Below, in pieces: positions 15,101 through 30,100 of a stretch of DNA of 64,000 nucleotides. Position 1 is the first letter of the stretch; the number at the start of each line of letters is the position of its first letter. The notes beneath the pieces are model-generated. The model did not search any database. It had not been told where the DNA came from and saw only the letters and a list, made by a program, of their open reading frames with translations. Both the position numbers and the translations under genes were made by a program. Source of the DNA: Tubulanus polymorphus (taxonomy: Eukaryota; Animalia; Nemertea); assembly GCF_964204645.1 (NCBI RefSeq), contig NC_134030.1, positions 9,327,222 to 9,391,221 of the forward strand. The letters run 5' to 3'.

Positions 15101-18100
15101 CTCATCTCAATTTGCGGATTCACTAAACACCGCGCCTTATCATCTGCGCCGATCTTTGGTAATCGTAGTCTTCGAAATTACCGATTACCAGATTACTGGG
15201 CGGACTCGACATGGATGGAAATAGTAAGCATGCCACCGTCACTCTCTGTTAGGTTATTCAGTTGCTTGTTTCCCACGTGTCATTATTCATAACAATATAC
15301 GTGTACGCTTGCTCTCTCTCTCCCGAGCTGTCCGTTCATCATTTATACTAGGTTGAACCAAAAGATCGAGTAACTTCACCGGTCTTCGATCTGTTGCGTA
15401 GATCGTACTGATATCCTTACAGCACATTAGTGTTCGTTAGTTCTGTAAGCTGAATTTCGAACTCGATCTCGAGACCCTTCCAGAAGAGAGCGTCGCATCT
15501 CTTGTCGAACAAAACCACACGTGATTATTGTCTTTGTCGGTATCATCGGAGGAGATGCCAGGTTCCGTAAACCGCGCTGTATTAGGCCCTCGAAGATACA
15601 ACTATACTATTTCATTATTTCGAATTTAGTTCATGTTTTAACGGAAACTGTGACATTTCTTCTGATGATATCGTCGTTATCCGAATAACACATTCGCTGT
15701 CGACTGGAAATCTCGTACTTTCCGGTCCTGCCATCGTCGCCTGTACGAGTCATCTTCTGATCCGTCTGTTTCGTAGCTCAGATTTACTCATGCTGACTAG
15801 AATGACACAGCGTTCCGGATTGGCTGAAAATTTCGAACAAACCGTGCTTCATTCCCGTTGCTCATTGGTCGAATATTGAACGATGGCTGAGTATGTTTTA
15901 GCTCTTGTCGCAAACTACGAGATAACCCCCAGTAGCGACTAGGCATTGTAGAACTAAGGTGACAGCGAAGGTTTTAAATTGCAAAGGGCAAATTTCAGTT
16001 TTCGTAGCTAGTCGGAACTAATCGAATGCACTCGGTTTGGTCATAACATATTTCACAGTGTTCGGCATCTTGGAATTAGGTCCGAACTACAGCGACCGGT
16101 TCTCAATCCCGTGGTTGACTATTTCGGGACTATAGTTCCGACTAACTGACATTCGATTTCATTTAGTCCGACTAACTCCCAATAACTGAAGTTCGCCTAG
16201 GCGATTTGATGATGTCGTAGGGAGATTTTTACGAAGGGAGCCGTCTTTTCTGGAAGAGTCTACGAAGAAGAACTTTACAAAGCTTTTACGTTAAGATATC
16301 ATTTCTAGTCAGGATAGATATGTACTTGTTATTCAAAACGATATAGTGCATGTCATTCGATCAATACTGCCACGTAGTTGAAAACAAATTAGGTGCGTAG
16401 TTCATATGTAATTAGACTGTGCTTGCAATGTAACATGCTTGATGAGACCCGAGAAACAACTGCGGAAAATCATAGTCTCGCAAGTTAAAACGCCCGATGA
16501 TACTAAATGCATGCTGGAGAAATTACCTGCACGAATAGACAGTTTTACTAGTGATGCGACGCATCTGACCATAAAAAAGGTCAAATTGCTTGAAGGTCCT
16601 AGCTCAATACGCAGGAATCATTCTTGCCTATTCTGTATGGTTAATAGCGAGAATAGTTTTTGCACCACAAACCCGAGCTTTGATTATTTATTTATTCAAG
16701 ATATGGCGTTGACTGGTTATCTTTCCGATCGGGTTCGAATGCAAATGGAATTTCACTGCTTTCTCAGGAAGATTGCCGAATATTTTAACTATTCTGAGAT
16801 AACAAACAACTAACTGCATGATTGTTCAATTACACCATATACAACTACGATATGACTTTTTCAACTATCGATTTCACGCGCGTGCGTCTTGCTAGAACAA
16901 TCGTTAAACATATTTTTTTCGTAACCAGGGGGCGATGTCTTCCGATCCCGAGGCGCAGAAGCAGGAAATTCAACGGCAACAGCTGCGCGAGTTGCTCGCC
17001 AAACAGACGAAGCAACGCCAGAAGCACAAACAAGAGGAACAGGAGCGAATGTTGCGCGAACAACAGTCTCAGATGCCGCTTCGTCATTGGTCCGGACAAG
17101 ACGACATTCCTCAACAAGGTAAATGACAATGCCGTGCTATCGAAATTGGTTTATACAAAACTATAGCTACTTTATGATTGTTATTTGGGATTCCTTGACC
17201 CCTAGAACATACGTAGGTTTAGACACCTTGATCAAACCCCAATTTACCTAATAACGTATATATTTTAACATGTCAACATCCCTTCTGAGTATATCTAATT
17301 CTATTACATATATATTCATACAATAATTGGGGGGTCTTTCATAGGGATGATGGTAGAAACATTTCCATTTGAATATATTTCGGGTTGTGAATCATAGTGA
17401 ACTAAATCTACTAGCCTACAATATGTTATGTATTGCCTTTCATTGCAGGGGTACCTCAGCCGGCTTTTACACCTCCTGGATCTGAAGCCGGACAGCAAGG
17501 ATTCCCGGCACCACCACATGGTCAGTATGGCGGACCGAGGCCGCCAACATCGGAACGTTGGCATGACCAACAAATGGTACGAATGCCTCATCCTCAAATG
17601 AGACCAGGTCAGTACATATGGATCACTGAGTTTCCAGTTTTGCCGTAAGTCGGCTTCAGAGCCCAGTTTCACAAAAAAGTGATGAATCCAGTAAATTTCT
17701 TCATTAATCTAAAAATCCAGTTGATCATTTCTGTGTGACCGGGGTCTGGCATGAATAGACTTCCATTGATTTTGTCTGTATCTCATTTTAGATATGCAAG
17801 GATTTCCTCCGCGTGGCCCGCACCCCGACTCCATGAGGCCTGGTATGCCGGGCAGTGAATGGCGACCACCTAGACCACCATTCCCAGGTTCACCCCGAGC
17901 ACCAGGACAGTACATTGAACTTCGCCATCAACAAGTGAGTTTATCAATCGACAGAATTTTTAGCTTTGACTGTGCTTCGTACCAATTTTTCGTGTAAAAA
18001 AAAAAAATTCAAATCTTTTTTCTAGCAAATGTTCCATGAAAGAATACGACATGCGGCTCCCAGTGGACCGCAACAACGTTCACCCAGCCAAACACCAGGC

Positions 18101-21100
18101 GGCGTAAGGATGGCGCATCAAAGTTCTCCGCGGCATCCGTTTTCACCTCAACCGCAAAGTGTGGCGCCCCCATTTCAACAACAACAACAAGCGTCGAATC
18201 CTCCAACTCCGACCAGTGAGGCGCGTTTACCGAGTCAAACTCCGACAACCGGAACAGTTACCACAACGGCTTCAACACCGACGTAAGTTTCGTCTATGCT
18301 GGCTTTCAATTTACACTTTCAGCGCTTCTACACCGTGGTGCGGTGTACAAATTGGTGATTGACTTATCTAGTACACTGACTGCATCGTGTTGTATCGACA
18401 TATGAATTATTAGTTATCATCTGAATTGAAAGATTGCAGCATCTGTTTAACTAAGAGATAGTGAAATATAAGTAACTAGTGATATATCGCAACACATTAT
18501 AGCGGTATGCCCATTATTCAACAGACTTAGGTAGAATTTTTTTTTAATTTTCAAATTACCTCCAGCACTTCTGGGCAAGTTTGAATTGTTGTCCTCATTG
18601 AATGTATGAAGTAACCAATGTCAATCAAAATTTAAGTTGTGAAACTTGGCCCTGGGAATTAATAAGTTACTGAAAGGGTTAAAGAAACATTTCTTTATAT
18701 CCATCTTTATCAGCAGAAATATTTCCCCTTTCGTAAAATGAAATGGGATGTTGCGTCAGATTTTCGCTCCCCGAATTTTAACGGTTGATTTTTTTTGGTT
18801 TCTATACAGTCACCCGCCGGCGAAAGCGGACGATCACGACCATCACAAAGAACCCGACTTGGACGATCTTCTCGGCGCCGACGGTTCGTTCAACTTGTTG
18901 GAATACGCCGACCCTGACCTCGACGAGGAGCACGACAAATCGATGTTCGACGAACACCTCGGCATCATGAACGACCAGAAACCCGGCGAAGACGATAAAC
19001 TCGATAAGATCGACAAGAAAGACCTGCTACCGGCGAGCGATGAGAAGAAAGCGAAAAAGGAAACCGGCGAAACGACCAATCGGGATGAAGCTGGTGGCTC
19101 AAAAGCCTTACCCGAACCAAAAGACACTGCCAATAACGATAAGAAAACGATCGATTGTAAAAAAGAAGAAGTCGCCGAACCCGGTCCGGATAGCGTCGGA
19201 TCGGCGAAATCCAAGGAGATGCAAAGCCCGATCGGCGGAATGAAATCCGTTTCGTCGACGAGAACGAGCCCGGACATGAAGTCGCCACTCACCGTTCGGT
19301 CGCCACTCGGCGTCGTCACGACGTCGCACAGTCCGCTCGCGAGTCCGATCGGCAGTTTGATGCAGATGTCTCCGCGACCCGGTTCGCAGACGTCGTCGCC
19401 GTATCACCACTCGCAGCAGATGTCACCGCGCGTCGTCAGCGCGCCGCCGTCACCGTACGCCGGTGGCGCGCCATATGCCGATACTGCGTCGACGCCGGGC
19501 ACGCCGACGAACACGTCGCCGATGATGTCGCCGGATCGGACTGGCGCCGCGCACCGGTCGGTCACCGATCCGTTGCATGTTCAAACGTCGCAGACCGGTC
19601 CAACCGTTCTTTCGCAGGCGCTCAACTCTCCGTTGAAAGTATCGACTGCCTCGGATCACGTTGTGCGCATGCAGATGATGCAACAGCGCATGGCGTCGGG
19701 TGGCATGCACCCGTTCAAACCCCCGCTGCCGGTGTCGTCCAGCAGTCAGCAGCAGTCGCCGCTCGGCAGTCCCGGCGCTCAGCGGCAACTGTCTCCGCAC
19801 ATGATGATGGGGCCGCAGCAGCAGCACCCGATGCACGGGCACCCGCACGGGCAGCAGCCGCCGCCGGGTATGTACCCGCGAGGAATGCCGCCGGCGACGC
19901 AGGCGTTGCAGGCGCGGTTGCCGAACCAACAACAGCAGCAGCCGAGAATGATGGCGCCGATGAGTCACCCGAGAATGATGCAAGGCCCGCCGCCGCACAT
20001 GATGCAAGGACAACGACCCCCGATGATGGGTAAACCTTCACCGACTTCGAGCGGTAAGCTGAAAAAATGAAATTCCGTACTCCTCATTGAATGCGATCGT
20101 CATCGACTAAGCATTACACGTATAGGACAAGCTGTATAACCACTGACCAAGTGGACTAGTTCTCTTGGTCTACTGGTTAACACAGCTGGAAAACATAGGG
20201 AACTTGTGCTTATTCCCTTCCGACATATGTTCTCCACTATTGTCATCAGAACATTACAACTTTAAAATATTCGTTTCACGTGGTTAAGCTTAAATTCCTA
20301 AATAGAAATAGAAATATATTAGCTGAAAGTTGAAATGTTTACTATTGGGCTAGCTTACTGGATCTATTAAGATAACAACATATGATTCTCCAGTGAGTGC
20401 CTGGAAATTCACTGTCACTTCCCTTATTACATTTGTGGAGAATGTAACAATAAAGAAGTGACAGTGAAATAACACGCACTCACCGGGGATCGAACCCAGG
20501 TCTTGTATATAGCAACCCTGCTTACCAGTAGACCAATCGAACTAGTCCATTTGGCTTGTCGTTTTACAGCTTGTCGTAAATGCATATTGTTTATTAATAA
20601 TGTTTTTTTTTTTTGTGGAAATTTTTCGTTGAATCCAGGATCGCCGGGTTTGAGTCCAGGCGGAAGCATGTCACCGCATCATACAACGACGCCGCGTGGT
20701 CCTTCGCCGTCGCCAGGGGGCGGCATGGGTAAAGATCGCACGCTGCTTTTACAGGAGCAGCCCCTGCTACTGGAAGATTTGGTGGCCCAGGTAAAAGTGG
20801 TAATTATACGGCACACATTTACTATCTATGCATGTAGTATCGTCACTTTCTGTAACTGTAGTAGTCTAATTCCGATTCGAAATCTGAAATGAACATATTA
20901 AGGTATTTGGAGGTGTTTGTCCAACCCTTTTCTTCTTGGTTCTGTCTAATGGTAACACTAATAGAAATCTCTTAGCATTTTCATTTCATAGATAATTTAT
21001 AATTTCATAGGAAATGTATTAGTAATTTTATGGACCAAAAACCAGGTTCTGAGTTTGCTGTGCAAATCACTTAACTTGTTTGTAGTGTCATGAGTGGGTT

Positions 21101-24100
21101 TTGTTGCACAATTTCATTATATACGAAAATCATGGATTTGAACCAGTTCTACGCTGGTCAGATGAAATTTTAGAGTTATATGGTTTATTCGATGATTTCA
21201 ACAAAGGCAGATATGAATTGCAGTCTGCATCAGCTTCCGTATTATACGTACTTTCATCACCTATTCTGACTTGACGTTTGTTCGTACTTTCAAACTAAAC
21301 AAATCAACTTAAAAAACCAGACATTAGTTTATTGCGGGTGACCACAATTCAGGAAAACACAGGGAAAACACAGGGAAACAGGAAATTTGATGAAATTTGG
21401 TAAATCTCTGGAAAACACAGGACATTCTTATTCGCCTGAAATATGTTCTCCACACTTTGTCATCCGAACTTTTCAACTTCAAAATCTTGGTTTCATATGG
21501 TTAAGCTTAGTTTCCTGTAGAAATAAATTAGCTGAAAGTTGAAATATTTACTGGGCTAGCTTACTACTAGATCTGTGACGATAACAACGCTGCTCTTTCC
21601 AACCAACGTTCATCGGAACACGGGGAAAGTTCAGCTTTTATAAGAAAAACACATGGAAAACCAATAGAATTTGGAAGTGGACGGATTGTGGTCACCCTGT
21701 TAGTTCATTGTCAAATTTTCAAAAAGTAGCCGCTAACATTAAATCATGAGTGAATATCTAAAGGGTTCTGGGCTACAGATTGATAGTTGCGCCATGTTGA
21801 ATTACCCACATCATTGCAGCTGAATCCCAGGCCGAGTGAATCTGAAGTTGAAATAATTCGATGTTCGTTAAGTATTTTACGTATCTAGGTGTCGATCGTG
21901 TTTAGTTCATTGTTTTTAATTGTTGGCGTTTTGTCGTCGTACAGGAAAAAATGGAACAACAGCGTCAGGCAGAACAACAGGCTATGATGCAGAGACAGGA
22001 ATGCGGCGAAGGCGGTATGATGATGGACGGACGTCAACCTAAACCAGGTACAGAAAACGTCGAGAACATCAGTCGTTATTGATCATCAGTCATTTCCAAA
22101 TAAGCGAAATATTTGAAATGTATTATCAAATCTGATGTCCCCATGAGCTGTTGTAAGCATGATACAGCCTGCAATACTTACAGGATTTCCTTGAAACTTG
22201 GTGTGAGGATTGGAGCAAGTGAGATGTCTAATCCATTTCAAAATGGAGGTTATCAGCCATCCAGTATGGCTGCTAAATGTGGCCATCTTGAATTTCTTAT
22301 TAGCTCAATACAGCCTGCATTTCTTGATGGGTTTCCATGAAACTTGGTGCGAGGGTTGAGACATGTTAACCCATTAGCACTCAGGAATTTCACTATGTAG
22401 TGTCAATAACTCCTCAAAATATTCAAGGGAAAATTTAAGTTTATCACAATACCAAATAGCTCATTCGCTGTTTGTTTCCATGAATTACAAGTTAGTGTTA
22501 TCTTGTAGTAAATAGTCAGATGTGTCATGTTCAAACTCGAAATACTCGAGAAATTGAAATAGGAGGATGTTGATTTCTGTACTGTTTTTCAAGGACCTAG
22601 GTGTCTAGTTTATCATCAGCTATTGGGTTCGAATCCCGCTATAATCGTTTTCGTGCTGCATACGAAAAAAGTGCCTGGGAAGATACGGGTGGCTTTAGTG
22701 CTAATGGGTTAATCTATTCCAATCTTTAACCAACAATTCTTACATTAAGGTTATTGAACAATTCTGCTGATTTCTATGAAGTGTGCAGTATGTTGGCTGC
22801 CTTCAATTTCTTACCCCATTAATATCTGCTTACCCAGCTGATACATACATGGTATTGCCACATTCGATTTCATTATATTTAATTGTTAAATGTATATTTT
22901 TGTCCCTTCTTTTTACTTCAAGGAATGCCACCATTTACCGGATCTCATCCCGGGCCACATATGATGGGTCAGATGCCTAGGATGGAACGTCCCCAAAGGT
23001 AGATTTTCAACTGTGAACCTTTGAACCAACGGCAAATTTGTTCAGAAAGCTGAATCTCTTAGACTGTATTTGTGTTCATTTGAAATTTTACGCCAGTTCT
23101 TTTCCTACTGATAGGATGCCACATCCGTCGCAGCCCGGAATGATGCCTCACGATCCAGCGGCTATTGGATTTCCACCTCGAGGACCTCCGCCCGCATACC
23201 CGGGGACACCTCAAATGAGCCCGAGGACGTCGTCGCCTTATTCACCGGGTCCATACCCCCCAAGTCAGAGCCCGGGCATTCCATCACAGCCACCTCAAAT
23301 GCCACAAGGTAGTTATGATTAAATTATTGTATCATAAGGCTATCCAGAGGACATATTTTCATTGGGATGAGGTGCCATACCATTCCTATGAGGCCTGTGA
23401 AATTCAACGCTTAAATTTGCTTAATTCATATCACTTATGAATCTACATCAGTCAAATGTAATGTGGATGATGATAGATAAATTTCATAGAATCCAATTTT
23501 AGATCTCAACCTTTCCGTGAACTGAGTTTTATTGGTCCAAACGCATCCGATTGAACTCAACTTCAGATGGAATCCAAAGCGATAGAGTTTTACCGTCTTT
23601 TGTTGCGTTTATTTAGTGAACCCCGGCGAACCGGTCACCGATCAGGAACGTAACCAATGGCGCCAATACGAAGAGTGGCTTATGCACCAGATGCAGTTGT
23701 TGACGCTGCAAGTGAAATTCCTGGAGCAGCAAGTAGCCAAGCAGCGAAAAGCGAAGAAAACGTTGACGACAAAACAGCGAACCGTGAGTTGAATATATCA
23801 TCGTTTTAACCCTTTCAGTGCGTCTATATCATATGGTGGTGTATGAAACGATGATGGACTTAGCTAGTACACAGCATCACCGTGTATTGATGTTATTAGC
23901 AATTAGTTTTTATCTATTGAAAGATGGCAGCACCTGTCAAACATGGTGAAATATTAGAAACTAACCGTACACCGCACCATGGCATCGACACGCTTATGCA
24001 GTGTGCCCTTTATTCGACACACCGTGGAGGGAATTTTTCAAATCATCTCCAGTGCTTTCGGGTGTTAGTAAGTTAGCACCACTGAAAGGGTTAAGCAAGT

Positions 24101-27100
24101 CATGATATGCTTTGATGTATGTCGGGTATAAGTCAAGAAGATTCAGTACATCTGATGATGGCCAATAGTATTTGGTCGAAACAATGCTGAAATGTACATA
24201 TTCTCGTCTACTATGGACCTTTTTCATCTTTGGCTGTGGGATTCATGTCGTACATGTCACTGTTTGTTTTGATTTTTTAAGGCTCGTAAGAATGGCGGTG
24301 AATTGAACGAGCTGGATCTAGCCGAGCTCGAACGCATCACGCACGACCAACAGGGGCTGCAGAAACAACTCGACCAAGTTCGCAAACAACAACGCCAACA
24401 CCAGCTGCTCATCCAGGAGTTCCGATCGAAACAGCAAGAACGATTCGGCCCGCTTCATCCGGGAATGCCTCAACCGCCGCCGTTGCGCGCACCCGGACAG
24501 GGCACTGCCCGCTTGCCGGCGAACGTGCGACAGGAGTACGAGGCGTACATGCACCAACGCATCCGCATGATGAACCAACAGCAGGGCGCGCCGCGCGGAC
24601 CCACGATTCCGTTGGTTACTCCCGGGGTATGTAGAGATCCCAGGTTTCTCTACTCAAACAGACCTATGCAGGTATTACTGTAAATCGGCCAAAGAATGTA
24701 ATTATCATCTGTGGGTAAAAACTACCGAACTACCGAACGATCTCGCCTGTGACACTGAACTTACTAGCAAACGAAGTTTACTAAATTAATTGATGATAGC
24801 CTTATGAAAAAATCCGATTAACCTGACTTGCAAGCAGTGGTACATTGTCGGTTTATATTTACATGACCGGGGTCTGGTGTCATGAATAAGTTGAACTTGT
24901 TAACGTCGATTTTGATTTAAGTTTTGAACTTTTTGAATTTTATATATAGCCAGGCCCTGACCTATCGGTGTTACCCCCTCTGTAGTTAAAATTAGTCGAA
25001 GTCGTATAATTGCCCACAGTTTGGTATACATGTAGTCCAGTGTTCGTCGCTTGCTGTATAATTCATTATTAAACATATCGTTTCATGGTCACGTACAGTA
25101 AATACCTGTATGAAATACATATATCACATTTCGCGCCACGTTTCATTTCATCCCCGATGTCCGATTTCATTTCAAATGCTCGCACGCTTTTGTGGGCCTC
25201 AACTCTCGTGCGCATTTTTGGAGCATAAACCTGGAATAAACTGATGGTATGTACCTGTGTAAGTGAATTTGAAATGAAATAGACATCAGACTTACTTCAG
25301 CGACCTTACCGTTTTGTAGTAAGCCTTTCATCGAATCATCGGGCTGAATGAAAGTGATTTTTTTTTAGTTTTACATTCTTTATCTTTCTAATCTTCTTTC
25401 TAATTGAATCGCCATTCAATCTAATTATGAATTGGAGTGGAACGTTCCGCTTTGCATTTTTCAAATCGTTCGCGTATATTATATACAGTTGCATGTGGAT
25501 AATGATTATGAAACCCTGCTCGATGAATGCTCTGCGTTGTTGTTGTTGTGTTGCTATATCGTTTATCGGTGGTGGTCGAACGAAATGTCGTAATGAGCGT
25601 AAACGACGCGTGCAATCATATGATTCCGTTCTCTTCTATTTTCTAGGATAACAATCCGTTCAGCGAATCGTACATAGATCAAGAGAAACTTCAACAGCGA
25701 GTTCCGCCTCCGTCACCTGCACCAGGTACGCGATTAAACTTTTTGTGTAGTGAATTAAGACAACTTCATTAACCCTTCCAGTGCGATGTATAGATCGGTG
25801 TTTGACTCTGCTACTACATCGTATCATGGGGTATTAGTGTTGTTACGAATGTAGTTACTTAATAAGTCGGCACTGAAAGAGGGTTTTAACCTGTTCACTA
25901 CCGGTACTTTTTTCTAATTGCCAAATAATGTATGCCCTGCCATGACTGTTCCATGTACATCGGTGGTGGCATTTTTTAACCCAAACTACAGTTTACTCTT
26001 AAGATAGCGGACAGGTTACTTCTCTTAAGTATGTTTGCTTGTAAATAATCGAATGGACTAAAAACTGAAATGTTTCGGATTCCAGAATCGGACCATCCAA
26101 TTGGAGCTGGTTTTCACGGCGAAGAGGGAATGCCATCGTTTGGCCGACCTACGCCAGAAGGTCACTCCATGTTCGGTCCGCGGCCCATGTATCCACCGCG
26201 AATGGCAGGTACGTGTTATTCGATCTTACCGTTCACTAGTTTAGACTATCAATATGAAAATATTTACAAACACATTACGGTCATTGATGGTGGGTCCGCT
26301 ATGCTTAGAGAAATATGTGGTGAATATTCTCGGATATACGTATATTTTATGTTTGTACGTCTTCGCTTATGGAGCAGGAATCATCGCTTTTCTTGCCACT
26401 GTGTCAACACAATTCGCGCACAATGATAACATTGTTTCTTGTTTTTATCGAAACATGAACATTATTATGTACGTATATATGTCAACATCTGTGCAAAGCT
26501 AAAGAAGCAGACTTTCGCCGTCATAAAACTTCCGATTGATGGATTTCCACGTATACACGGGTGTCAGACACTTCAGATCAGTAGCGGACGCTTTGACCAT
26601 GAATAAAGCAATTTTGCTGCATAGAACCAATTGGGCCGATTTTGATATTGTACGCTGTGTTCAACCCTATCATAGGTGATTGAGTTGTGACAAACCCCAG
26701 TGCAGCCCCTAGTGAGCAAGCTGCTCCAAAATGTTTCCTTCAGATATTCAACGTTTCGACTATATCTTTAGAGTCGACTTCAGAATTGAAGATGACTATT
26801 ACGATAAGGGATTGTATGATATTATTTTTACTTAGACTGCGTGTTACTTCAATGGTTAACTCGGAGATATCTTATATGAATTAGTCTTTCTTCGATCTTC
26901 CCTGCAACCTGATATCAAAATAAACCCACCACTGCTGTGTGGCTTGTAAGCGACCAATGATACAGCACATCTCTGCAGTGTTAACTAACTGACTGAAAAA
27001 TCTCTAAAAGAATTGCAATTCCCCTAGCAAAATGGGGTGGGAAGGTGTCGGCACTGGAATGGTTAATGTTAGCAACAAGAGCTAGCGTATTCATGATCGT

Positions 27101-30100
27101 GATCTGAAGATACTGATGTTTTCTTACATGTATATGTTTGTTTCGTATGATACGCACATGTGTGTGTTGTTATTGTATGTATGTAGGTCCGCGATACATG
27201 ATCCGTCCGCATTTAGACGGGATGGCGGCGCCTAACGCCCCGCGGTTACTCGGTCCGTTCCATCCACCAGGTAGGATGCCAGTATACAATGCATATGCAA
27301 AACCACCACCTTTTATGTGTTTATATATTATGTATCTATGTTTTCGGTACACTGTTTCGTTATGTACTTCACATTCTTTCGATAATTTCATCGTGCAAGG
27401 TTGTACTTCCTAATTATTTTAAAATCTCTTATGCTCTTTGTTGCGTAATTTATGATTTTTCCCATCTACGCCAGCCCCGCTGCATTGGCAATACGGTTTA
27501 TCCCTGAAAAAAACTCGCATTGGGTTTGTTATATAGCTGTTTATGCCTTGCACACATCAAGTTCTTGTATTGATTAAAGGTTTGCCCGCAATCGAGGGTT
27601 TCGTTAGCCACGACGCAGCAGGCTTTACGGTTCCCGAGAAAAAACCTAAGAAAAAACGTAAACGCAAAAAGAAAGAACTGATAGGTTCGTCGCCGTGATT
27701 GCCCTCTAGTGCTAGATTTTAGAACTAACGAACAGTCCTGTACGCGTATAGAGCACGTGTGCTACTTGTGACTTATGAATTTCGGTAGATGTACGTTTTT
27801 ACTAACGGATAGATTTTGATTTAATACGGCTGTTGCTGCTGCTACTGCTGCTGTGATAACTAACCTGGATGATTGTCATTAAATTCATAAACATGCTAGT
27901 TGAATACATCGAAAATCTTCTTTTCATCGGATAAACAATCCTTCGTGTGTATTTCTAATCTTCGTTTGTAGTTCTTCTATTTGCTTGCTCTCCGATCTTT
28001 ATCATAAGAAATCTTTTTCTTCGGATCCCCTGTATTACGTATTACATTTTTATCATGTCGGCATGACGCATGTTTTGTTTGAAAGCTGACCTGTTTTACA
28101 TCGTTTAACTCACATTATCAAACTAATGCATGCGTCCAGGGTGGCCACTTACCTGGAAAACCTGGAAAGCTCAGGGAATCATGAAAAATGTAGAAAAAAT
28201 TCAGGGAAAACTCAGGAAATATGACAAATTTTTCCAAAGACATGGGGAATTTGGATATGTTGTTGACCAGTCATTTCTTCACCAATACGTGATTCATAAA
28301 AAAAATGAATAAATTGTAACATTTCAAATTGAGAAATTCCTGGCAAAGAATTTCATCAAAGAATTCTGAGTTACAACCAGGAAAAAATCGGTTGGATTAA
28401 AAATTGGCTGAACGTGGCGACCCTGGCATTGCTAATAAATAACACATGCCACTTACCTTAATCTGTCAATTGATTTTCGTAAATTATGTACACTGATATT
28501 AGTTTGGTTGAATGATATGCTGTTTCTGCCATGAAGATGTCGTAAAATGTAATTCATAACGTTGTTTGCCCGTTTCAGGATTGTCACCGAGTTCCCAACC
28601 ACCATCGACGCCATCACCGCACAGTTCTGACGGCCAGCGCTCGCAACATAACCAACCGATGATGTCTCCCTTACCATCTCCGACCAGTTTGGCTGCGAAA
28701 GGCCATCAGCTCGGTTCGCATATGGTCGACGTTCCATCCACTGGACAATCCGTTCCTTTGCAAATGATACCTCGTCCGCCGTTGGAAGGATCCGAAAGTG
28801 TCGAGTCGGTAATGGTGCGACCGATGTCGGTTCACACGTCGACTTCGAGTCCGGCGTCAGTACACGGCGGAAAGTCGATCGAGGATAGTCACTCGCAAGG
28901 TTCTGGAAGTGAAACCTCGTCGACGCACGGTTCGCCTCGTATACATCATAGCGGAAAGACAGGGCCGCCATTCCCGCTCGAGGAAGACACTACCTCAGTG
29001 AAATCCAGTTCAGATGACACGCAGATTAACGATCCGGAACCGGATCAGATGGGTGATATTACTGATGGTAGCGGTGAAAGAAAGGTTGAAACTGTCGAAA
29101 AATCGGATACTGTAGGTGATTCCGGGAACTTGCCAGCACTTGCTGCTCAAGATCCTGCCGTGACGCATCCAGATAACAGTAGAGTAGCTGCAGCCTGTGA
29201 TTCCAAAGAAGATTCTGATACTCCCCTTGGCAGTAAGACACAAACACAAGGTGACTGTGGAACTCCACATGGTTGTGGTGAAACAACTGGCCAGCCAACC
29301 CAAGGGGATTGTGGAACTCCACATGGTTGTAGTGAAACAACTGGACAACCTTCACAAGGTGATTGTGGAACTCCACATGGCTGTGGTGAACCAACTGGTC
29401 AGCCAGCCCAAGGGGATTGTGGAACTCCACATGGATGTGGAGAGCCTACTGGACAAACTTCACAAGGTGACTGTGGAACTCCACATGGTTGTGGTGAACC
29501 AACTGGACAAACTTCACAAGGTGACTGTGGAACTCCACATGGTTGTGGTGAACCAACTGGCCAGCCGACACAAGGTGACTGTGGAACTCCACATGGTTGT
29601 GGTGAACCAACTGGTCAGCCAACTCAAGGTGACTGTGGAACTCCACATGGACGTGGTGAACCAACTGGTCAGCCGACACAAGGTGACTGTGGAACTCCAC
29701 ATGGATGTGGTGAACCAACTGGACAAATTTCACAAGGTGACTGTGGAACTCCACATGGTTGTGGTGAACCAACTGGACAAACTTCACAAGGTGACTGTGG
29801 AACTCCACATGGATGTGGTGAACCAACTGGACAAACTTCACAAGGTGACTGTGGAACTCCACATGGTTGTGGTGAACCAACTGGCCAGCCAACACAAGGT
29901 GACTGTGGAACTCCACATGGTTGTGGTGAACCAACTGGTCAGCCAACTCAAGGTGACTGTGGAACTCCACATGGCTGTGGTGAACCAACTGGTCAGCAAA
30001 CTCAAGGAGACTGTGGAACTCCACATGGATGTGGTGAACCAACTGGTCAGCCGACACAAGGTGACTGTGGAACTCCACATGGATGTGGTGAACCAACTGG

